Of a DNA stretch of 62,916 bases, positions 18,272-25,452 are shown piece after piece. The position numbers were made by a program, and so were the translations under genes. Under the pieces are notes generated by a model. It made no database searches, was not told where the DNA came from, and worked only from the letters and a program-made list of their open reading frames with translations. The DNA is taken from NCBI GenBank assembly GCA_016180645.1, contig JACPAV010000005.1:124001-186916 (forward strand), read 5' to 3'. The stretch is from Nitrospirota bacterium. Its GTDB lineage: Bacteria; JACPQY01. Within the stretch, counting starts at the first letter, position 1, and every line of letters starts with the position of its first letter.

Positions 18272-19902
18272 CCGGAATCTGCGGGCTTCTCAGTCCCCGC
18301 CCTGAACAGGCCTCGGGGAAACTTTGGAACATGCTGTTCATGCTCAGCCATCGAGGAAACGGCATTCCTCAAATGATCCATCGGCCCCCGGCGGCTTTGG
18401 GCTTGCTTTCGCAAGACGCAACATCCAACAGAATATCTTTGCGGAGCCGTACGACATGCCTCTTCGACGGTCGCCTGGACAACCGTCGGGAGATGCAATC
18501 GGCCTTGAACACGCATGGAGCGACGGATGCCGACGTCGTTGGCGCCGCGTACGACCGGTGGGGACCCTACGCATTCCGAAAATTGAGGGGAGAATACGCG
18601 CTGGCACTCTGGGACCCGGAAAACCGGCGCCTGTATCTCGCGCGAGACCCGGTCGGTCTGCGCCCCCTCTACTATGCCTGCTCGCACGACACCCTCTCCT
18701 TCGCCACCGAGGCCAAGGCCCTGCTCAGCCTGCCTGACCTTCCTCGAAAGCCGGACACGGAGCGACTCCATGAAATGAACACAGGACGCTACCGATCAAG
18801 CGACCGAACCTTCTTCGAGGGCGTCCAAAGAATCGTCCCCGGCGAGTTCCTTCAGGCGACCCGGGAAGGAGTTGCGCGCGGGCGGCTGTGGGACCCCGAT
18901 CTCCGATCATCCGTCCGTTTTCCCTCCCCCGAAGGCTATCGCGCACAATTCCGCGAGCTGTTCTTCAACGCCGTGCGGCGGTGCATGCCGCGAAAGGGAA
19001 CCGTGGGCGTTCTCCTGTCGGGAGGCATCGATTCTTCCTCTGTAACCGCCGTTGCCGCCGAAATCGCGCGCCGTGAAGGATCGGGCGTTTCGGTCGAAGC
19101 CTTCTCGCTCTATTCCGACCGCTTCCCCGACGAGCGACTCTATTGCGAGGAGGTCGTTCGGACGGCCGGAATCCGGGGCCACGCCATTCGAGCCGACGAC
19201 ATCAGTCTTTCGCATGATCTGTCACAGCGGCTCTTTGAACAGGAAATCCCGCCCGTTCCGCCCGAAGCCAATCTTTTTGACCGCGTATACAAAGAGGCCG
19301 CCCGCCGAGGAGTGCGGGTGTTACTGAGCGGCCACTGGGGAGACCAGGTCATGCTGAGCCACGCTTTGCTCGCGGATCTCCTTGCCTCGGGTAGGTGGTT
19401 CGAAGCCTGGAAATATGTGCGCGGCTACCGTCGCCAGGATCGCGCCGCGGCAGGCCCCCTCCTCCGGTGCGCGGCGTCCTTTCTCGTCCTGCGACGACGA
19501 AGCACGCCGGACTTCCCCAGCCGCGCGCAAAAAGAGGTCTATGAAAACGTCTTCGAGCCGGTCAACGTGCTCTTCCGCGAAGCTCTTGAGCTCGCATCCG
19601 CCCACCGTGGCCTTCGGTTTCAGATGCCGTTTCTCGACCTCGACCTGATCGAATTCGTCTTGGCGATACCCGCCACGCAGCGGGTCAGCAACGGCGTCGG
19701 AAAACAACTGCTGAGGGAATCCCTGTCCGATCTCCTGCCCGCCAGGGTGCGCGAGCGAAAGGACAAACGGGACTACACGCTGTCCATTCCGCCCAGGCTT
19801 GCCCAAGCCGGATTCAGCGGCGACACCCCCGACGACCTTTCGGAGCACTGGTTCCGGCATGCGCGGGAGCAGTGGTCCAAAGCATGGTTCGACAACCCCT
19901 GA
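18268..19902 (+). CDS. Asparagine-synthetase-like lasso cyclase C3 (paralog of C1)
   Basis: GTG start (M)TGICG, MLFMLSHRG shared with C1, LSGGIDSS, MPFLD. Confidence 0.85.
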   Translation: MTGICGLLSPRPEQASGKLWNMLFMLSHRGNGIPQMIHRPPAALGLLSQDATSNRISLRSRTTCLFDGRLDNRREMQSALNTHGATDADVVGAAYDRWGPYAFRKLRGEYALALWDPENRRLYLARDPVGLRPLYYACSHDTLSFATEAKALLSLPDLPRKPDTERLHEMNTGRYRSSDRTFFEGVQRIVPGEFLQATREGVARGRLWDPDLRSSVRFPSPEGYRAQFRELFFNAVRRCMPRKGTVGVLLSGGIDSSSVTAVAAEIARREGSGVSVEAFSLYSDRFPDERLYCEEVVRTAGIRGHAIRADDISLSHDLSQRLFEQEIPPVPPEANLFDRVYKEAARRGVRVLLSGHWGDQVMLSHALLADLLASGRWFEAWKYVRGYRRQDRAAAGPLLRCAASFLVLRRRSTPDFPSRAQKEVYENVFEPVNVLFREALELASAHRGLRFQMPFLDLDLIEFVLAIPATQRVSNGVGKQLLRESLSDLLPARVRERKDKRDYTLSIPPRLAQAGFSGDTPDDLSEHWFRHAREQWSKAWFDNP

Positions 19903-19956
19903 TCGATCCTGCCCCCGGTCCGTGATCGCATTATCCTCCGATGGAACGCTCCTGCA

Positions 19957-20097
19957 TCAATCCGACCCCGTGGCCCTGGTTTTGTTCGTTTCACTCTTAA
20001 CCGTCCCCTTGGCCTTCGTCAGTGTCCGAAGGTCGCCATAGGCGATGAGGCGTGGCGCCTTGTAGGTTCTTCGCCGCTTCCTTTTGTTCCGAACCAT
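19957..20097 (-). CDS. Lasso peptide precursor A2 (46 aa)
   Basis: MVRNKRKRRRTYKAPRLIAYGDLRTLTK leader; core AKGTVKSETNKTRATGSD with E8 acceptor; GGAGG upstream. Confidence 0.88.
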   Translation of the reverse strand: MVRNKRKRRRTYKAPRLIAYGDLRTLTKAKGTVKSETNKTRATGSD

Positions 20098-21746
20098 ATC
20101 TCCTCCCAACGTTCTCTCGTGAAAGCCCTCCAAGGCCTCATGGCTCTCCCCACGGGCCGGCGTGGGAGCCCGGCTTCTTCCTGCATGGCCTCCCAGAAAT
20201 CGGTCCAATCGCCCTTGCCCTTTCGGCTGGCGATGAAATCCGGGAGGATGCCGGCCAAGCCATCCCTCATCAATCTTTTTCCGATCCCATCGCGCACCCG
20301 CTCTTCCGCCGGAACGGCGAACGCAAACTCCACCAGGCGCCTGTCGAGGAACGGATACCGCACCTCGATCCCGCGGAACGCGGCGCCCAGATCGGCCGAC
20401 TCGAGGGCCATCAGATTGTACAAGCCAAACAGGGCGGAATGCAATTCCCTCTGATTGCACGTGGGGTAGAAATGCCCGCCCAAGCCGGGAAGCACAAGAA
20501 ACCGCAACATCCGGCGGAGGCTTTCAAGCGTGCCGCCCGTGTAGGTGCGGCTGAGAATACGGAATTCCTTCCAAAGCGCCCCCCACTGCCCCGAGCGGAG
20601 CAGATCACCCAGGTAGCCGGTCCCCATCATGGCCTCGTCGCCCCAGAGACCCACCAGCAGAACGCGGCCGAGATCCGCCGCGCGTCGAAACAATCCCTCG
20701 TAGTAGTTGGGGTCGTACACTTCCACAAAAGGCGTTTCAAGTTCATACGCCAGTCTATCCACATGCTCTCTCAACCTGAAGGCTGAAGCATCCACCACGA
20801 TATTCGGCAGGTTCCACATCTCGGCCAGCTTCCCGAAATAGCGGGACTCATCCGGAAAACGCCCGGGCACGCCTGAAATCGTGTGCAGCCCAAGCCCATG
20901 CCCCCCCTGTCCATCCGCCCCGCGCTTCGCGTGGAGGGCGGCCGCCGTGATGGACGTGGAATCCAGGCCACCCGAAAGCGTGACCACCATGTCTCCCTTT
21001 CCGGGCATCCTGCACCGGACGGCCTCCATGAACAGCTTTCTGAATCGCCTGAGATACACGCGACGCCCGTCGAGCCTGATCGGTTCGCACGTTGGCGGAT
21101 GCCAGTACGAGGCGCGGAGGATCCTGCCTTTTTCTATCCCAATCGCCTCCGCCGGGAGAACCCTCCGAATGCCTTCGTAGAAGGTGAAATCCATGCCTCG
21201 AAACCGAAAGCGGTCATACTCCTCGAGCCTGGATTCGCACGGCCGACAAGGAACTCCGTCCACCGCCAGAATCGCCTTTGCCTCGGACGCAAAGATGAAC
21301 CGTCTCTCCTCCACCCTGTAGAAGACCGGCTTCACCCCGGCCGGATCCCGCACAAGCAACAATCTCTCCCGATTTGCATCCCAAATCGCGATCGCGAAGT
21401 CGCCCAGGAGCCACCGGGGGAAGTTCTCTCCCCAGCGCCCATATGCGCTCCAAACCACTTCCTCCGTCGTCTCCGCCCGATCCCCGAAGCGCCTGCGCAG
21501 AACCTTCTTCAAAAGGTCCGCATTGTCGATTCGGCCGTCCATGACCAGAGTGATCCCATCCCGCGAGATCGGACGCGGCGTGGTCCCGTCCACCTTCACC
21601 ATGAGATGACCGAGGCCCGCCTCCCCCCCCGCGAAGACGGATGAACCGTCCGGTCCACGATGGGCGAGAGCGTCCAGCATCGGTTGCAGGTTCATCTCGC
21701 CCACGAGCGTTCCGTCGAAATGCAGAATCCCGGCTATGCCGCTCAT
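20019..21746 (-). CDS. Asparagine-synthetase-like lasso cyclase C4 (paralog of C2)
   Basis: MSGIAGIL, HRGPDG, LSGGLDST, PTCNQREL shared with C2, YPFLDRRLVE. Confidence 0.87.
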   Translation of the reverse strand: MSGIAGILHFDGTLVGEMNLQPMLDALAHRGPDGSSVFAGGEAGLGHLMVKVDGTTPRPISRDGITLVMDGRIDNADLLKKVLRRRFGDRAETTEEVVWSAYGRWGENFPRWLLGDFAIAIWDANRERLLLVRDPAGVKPVFYRVEERRFIFASEAKAILAVDGVPCRPCESRLEEYDRFRFRGMDFTFYEGIRRVLPAEAIGIEKGRILRASYWHPPTCEPIRLDGRRVYLRRFRKLFMEAVRCRMPGKGDMVVTLSGGLDSTSITAAALHAKRGADGQGGHGLGLHTISGVPGRFPDESRYFGKLAEMWNLPNIVVDASAFRLREHVDRLAYELETPFVEVYDPNYYEGLFRRAADLGRVLLVGLWGDEAMMGTGYLGDLLRSGQWGALWKEFRILSRTYTGGTLESLRRMLRFLVLPGLGGHFYPTCNQRELHSALFGLYNLMALESADLGAAFRGIEVRYPFLDRRLVEFAFAVPAEERVRDGIGKRLMRDGLAGILPDFIASRKGKGDWTDFWEAMQEEAGLPRRPVGRAMRPWRAFTRERWEEIWFGTKGSGEEPTRRHASSPMATFGH

Positions 21747-21832
21747 CGAGGAAGTTCGCTCTTTCGGGGCGGTTCGGGGAACGATCCGCGATCAGTCTGA
21801 TGCGGACTCTTCAGCATCCACGAACGCCATGA

Positions 21833-24160
21833 TCAGGCGGCTGGAGGACCTCCCTGAGGGGCCCTCACCGAAGAACCGCCCTTGGCCGCTCCCGGCTCCG
21901 CCGGATCGGATCCTTTCCGCTTCTTGCGGAATCCTTTCCACCACACCCTCCCCGCCCGCGCCATCTCTTTCGCGCCATCACGCGCCCGCTCCTGCCATCT
22001 CTTGTCCTCGAAGTCGGCCTCTGGAACGTAACGGTAGTACTGGTAGCGATACTGGTACCGCGAATAAAAGTACGGCCCATGATAGTCCACGTCGTTCAGC
22101 ACGATTCCAATGATGTTCCCCTTCGCATTCCGAAGCTGATCGATCGTCCGCATGAGAAGATCCCGCGAGGTCTTCCCGATCCGATAGACCAGCAGGATCC
22201 CGTCCACGTGCGGCGCGAGCACGGTGGAGTCCGCCACGGGCATCGTCGGCGGGCAATCCACAATCACGGTCTCGAAGGTTTCCTTCAGCTCCTTGAGAAT
22301 CCCTCGTTGCATGAGCAGGTCCAGCGTGGTGGGCGGATGCACGGTGGTCGGTCCGGCGTTCAGAATGTGGAAATTGTCCAGCCCCGGACTCATCTCCAGC
22401 GTCTTAAGGTCCAGTCCATTGGCCAGGAAGTGTTCCACCCCCTTCACGCACTGCCGCCAGTCGACCCCCTCCGAAGCCACATTGGTCAACCCGACATCGT
22501 TCTCGATGGGGAAGATCTTGTGCATCGTCGGCCTCCGGGTATTCCCCTCCACCAACACCGTTTTCGAGTTTCCCTGGGCAAACGAAAGCGCGAGGTTCGA
22601 CGTGACAAACGACTTGCCCTCCTGCGGCGTGGCGCTCGTGACCAGAATGACCCGCAGGTTTTCTTTCCGCCGAAGCACCATGCGCAGGCTCTGGAAATGC
22701 TCGCTCACCGGCGACTTCGGCCAATGATGCACGACCATGGTGGTGGCATACGTCAAATCCGGCGCGATCATCCTTTTCCGCAAACGCCTCTCCTGCTCAA
22801 TCGTTTCCTGAAGGTTGAAGTGCGGCACGATGGCCAGCACGGGCAACTTGAGAAACGACTCCACCTCGTGAACGGTGTCAAGCGAGAAGTCGAACGATTC
22901 CCGCAGAAACGCGAGTCCCATCCCGAGAATCAAGCCCACCGCCATCATCGAAAACACCGGCAGGAGGGATACCCTCTGCACCGGTGCGGTCGGCGTCACC
23001 GCCAGTTCGACGATCCGCACGTTGGTACTCTGCATCGTCCCGCCGAGCTGGGCCTGCTGGTACGCCTCGTCGGCGTGGTCGATCATGGCCTGGAGCCGTG
23101 CCACCTGCCGCTCCAGCCGCCCCAGCTCGATCTGTGACTCAAGGAACAGGGCGTTCTTCCCTTCCAGATCCAGCCTGTCCTGGACCCATCGGTTCTCCCT
23201 CTCCTCCACTTCACGAAGGGCATGATCCAAAAGTTCAAAGAGCTGTCTCGCGAGCGACCGGATATGGTCCTCCGCGAAACGGATGTCCGGGTGGGACGCC
23301 GTGAGCAGGATTTCCTTTTCCCGTTTCTCCAGGAGGGCCGATACGAGCGATCCTCGGATACGCTCGTACTCGGCGGGTGCGCCGGTCCACTCGAAAGACG
23401 GCACCGTTTCCCGCTCCATGAGATCCTCACGTTGAAGGAGATCCATCAGCTCCGAGATCCGTCGCCGTCGTTGGGCCAAGTCTGAGAGCCCATCCTCGAC
23501 TTCGGTCATCCGCCGCAGGTTGACCTCGACGTTCTTCTCCACGCCGAGAATCCCGTGTTCGCGCCGAAAACGGCTTACCGCCTCCTCCGCGGTCTTGAGC
23601 ATGACCTCCATCGCTTCCTGGCTCTTGCTGCTCACCAGCCGGGTCTCGCGGCTCTTCTCGGCCGCCCGCTCGAGCCGGTAGTCCTTGAACGCCGTCGCCA
23701 CCCCGTTGGCCATATCCCGGGCCTCGCGCGGGTCGGAGCTCACCGCCAGGATGTCCAGGATTCGCGTCGAGGCGCGCTGCCTGGCCGTTATCCGGTCCTG
23801 AAGCTTGTGCAGAATGGCCAACATCTTCTCGTCCTGGAGCGCCTGCTCAACACCGATGTCCGCCGGGATGCTCCCGATCCTCTTCGCCATGGACAGCATC
23901 ACCGGCAAACTCGTGATGACATGAATCTCCGTCGCGATCTCAACGGACTCATCCAGGTAAACGTAGGAATTCACGTTGAAGGGCGCCTGTTCGAACTCGA
24001 TGGTGGACCGCGCCCGGAATTGGGCGGTCTGTTTTCGCATGAACGCAAGACCCACCAACATGGAAACGCCGGCCGTAAGGGCGATGATCCACTTCCGCTT
24101 CCGGAACACCCGGAAGACGTCCGGGAGCGTCTGAACCCTCGCTGAGGGAATGTCCGTCAT
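21833..24160 (-). CDS. Polysaccharide co-polymerase / tyrosine autokinase (Wzc/GumC family)
   Basis: Two TM helices around a coiled-coil region, SATPQEGKS, VDCPP, Tyr cluster YFYSRYQYRYQYYRY. Confidence 0.9.
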   Translation of the reverse strand: MTDIPSARVQTLPDVFRVFRKRKWIIALTAGVSMLVGLAFMRKQTAQFRARSTIEFEQAPFNVNSYVYLDESVEIATEIHVITSLPVMLSMAKRIGSIPADIGVEQALQDEKMLAILHKLQDRITARQRASTRILDILAVSSDPREARDMANGVATAFKDYRLERAAEKSRETRLVSSKSQEAMEVMLKTAEEAVSRFRREHGILGVEKNVEVNLRRMTEVEDGLSDLAQRRRRISELMDLLQREDLMERETVPSFEWTGAPAEYERIRGSLVSALLEKREKEILLTASHPDIRFAEDHIRSLARQLFELLDHALREVEERENRWVQDRLDLEGKNALFLESQIELGRLERQVARLQAMIDHADEAYQQAQLGGTMQSTNVRIVELAVTPTAPVQRVSLLPVFSMMAVGLILGMGLAFLRESFDFSLDTVHEVESFLKLPVLAIVPHFNLQETIEQERRLRKRMIAPDLTYATTMVVHHWPKSPVSEHFQSLRMVLRRKENLRVILVTSATPQEGKSFVTSNLALSFAQGNSKTVLVEGNTRRPTMHKIFPIENDVGLTNVASEGVDWRQCVKGVEHFLANGLDLKTLEMSPGLDNFHILNAGPTTVHPPTTLDLLMQRGILKELKETFETVIVDCPPTMPVADSTVLAPHVDGILLVYRIGKTSRDLLMRTIDQLRNAKGNIIGIVLNDVDYHGPYFYSRYQYRYQYYRYVPEADFEDKRWQERARDGAKEMARAGRVWWKGFRKKRKGSDPAEPGAAKGGSSVRAPQGGPPAA

Positions 24161-24210
24161 GTCCCTATGACCGGAAGCCCTTCAACGCCTTGAGAAAGGC
24201 TTTCGGAGGA

Positions 24211-25254
24211 TCACTTCTCTTTCTCTGGGCCGGGTGCCGCGACGTGCTTCCCGTCGTCCGAAACGGCCGGCGAATCCTGCACCTGCTCCTTGATGTAAAG
24301 CATCGGGCTCCGCTTCAGGTCGAGAACCTTCACCGCGGAAAGGCGCGCCACCGGCTCGCCCACCAATTCGACCACCGGCTTGAGAGGATTCGCCGAACTG
24401 GTCTTTAAGACCCGCGCCAGTTTCTCGTTCGACAACCGCACGAGAGTTCCAGGTGGATACGGTGTGATCCGGCGCAGGGCGGCAATCCAGACGTCTTTGG
24501 GAAACTTCTCCTTCCCCTCCGAAACGAGAATCTGAAATCCCTCATAGAAGGATTTTGGCTTCCGGTACGGGCGGAAGTGCGTGATGCTCTCGATCGTATC
24601 GCAGAAGCCGATGATCCGCGCATAGGTGTCGATCTCGTCGCCTTTGAGCTGCTGGGGATACCCGGTCCCGTCCTGCCGTTCCTGCTCCTGATAAACCAGC
24701 CGCGCAAACGCATCGCTCAGTTGCGATCCTTCCAACAACCTCCGGCCCTCCGTGGGATGGCTTTCAACGATGCGCCGTTCGCGCTCGGTCAGCGGCCGCG
24801 GCATGTCGATCAGGTCGGCCGGCAGCTCGCACATCCCGATGTCGTGGAGCAGCGCCCCGGCCCCGAGTATCAGGTTGTCCCGCCCCCGAACGTCCAGTTC
24901 GAAGCCCAAGGCCATGGACAGAATGCCCACGTTGAGCGAATGTTCGGCGATGAAATCTCCCTGGTACGCGGCCACGTCGTACTGAAAGACCTTTTCGATC
25001 CACAGCTCGGGGCGGCTCTCCATGTCGGTAAGAACATCGGTCAGGAGATTGAACAAATACGGCTCGTCAAAACTGCGCTGATTCTTCAGCCTGTCCAGAA
25101 TTTTCTGGAATTCCTCCTTCAGACCCAAGTACTTGGAACGAACCATCTCCCGCTGTTCCTTCATCGCAGCGGAAAGCTCGTTCAAAGCCAGATCGCCGGC
25201 CGGCAAAACGGGACTCATCCGGTGCATAATACCTTCTCTCACCCTCCTTCGCAA
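24211..25254 (-). CDS. HD-GYP domain protein; start may be ATG 25227
   Basis: HSLNV, LLHDIG, ERQDGTGYP, RPYR, YPPGTLVRLS. Confidence 0.85.
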   Translation of the reverse strand: MRRRVREGIMHRMSPVLPAGDLALNELSAAMKEQREMVRSKYLGLKEEFQKILDRLKNQRSFDEPYLFNLLTDVLTDMESRPELWIEKVFQYDVAAYQGDFIAEHSLNVGILSMALGFELDVRGRDNLILGAGALLHDIGMCELPADLIDMPRPLTERERRIVESHPTEGRRLLEGSQLSDAFARLVYQEQERQDGTGYPQQLKGDEIDTYARIIGFCDTIESITHFRPYRKPKSFYEGFQILVSEGKEKFPKDVWIAALRRITPYPPGTLVRLSNEKLARVLKTSSANPLKPVVELVGEPVARLSAVKVLDLKRSPMLYIKEQVQDSPAVSDDGKHVAAPGPEKEK

Positions 25255-25452
25255 ACGATCCCCACACTCTGGGTGTCACGATGCTCGAAATGCCCCTCGC
25301 CGGAAGACCCAACCCACCCACGTTTGCCTCCCTGGGGCGGGGGTTTGACCCCCGTCAGGTTTCCACTTGACAAAATACCCCATGGCGACTATGAATGGAC
25401 AAAACTTTGTTATTCAGGTAACCTATTTTTGTCCGATTTGGAGGGAGGCTCG

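Noticed and set aside
19884-19925. Short ORF MVRQPLIDPAPGP starting in the C3 AWF codons
   Set aside because: Same ATG-GTT trick but no YxxP leader or core; only 13 aa
8721-21746. Calling the four enzymes ordinary asparagine synthetases (asnB)
   Set aside because: No Cys directly after Met, and lasso precursors, B1 and B2 are adjacent
21743-21832. Possible small peptide between Wzc and C4
   Set aside because: Short frames (e.g. MLKSPHQTDRGSFPEPPRKSELPR) lack leader motifs and RBS
24577-25452. N-terminal 292 aa of the 969-aa ORF
   Set aside because: Antisense to HD-GYP; the real start is ATG 25453 with RBS and signal peptide
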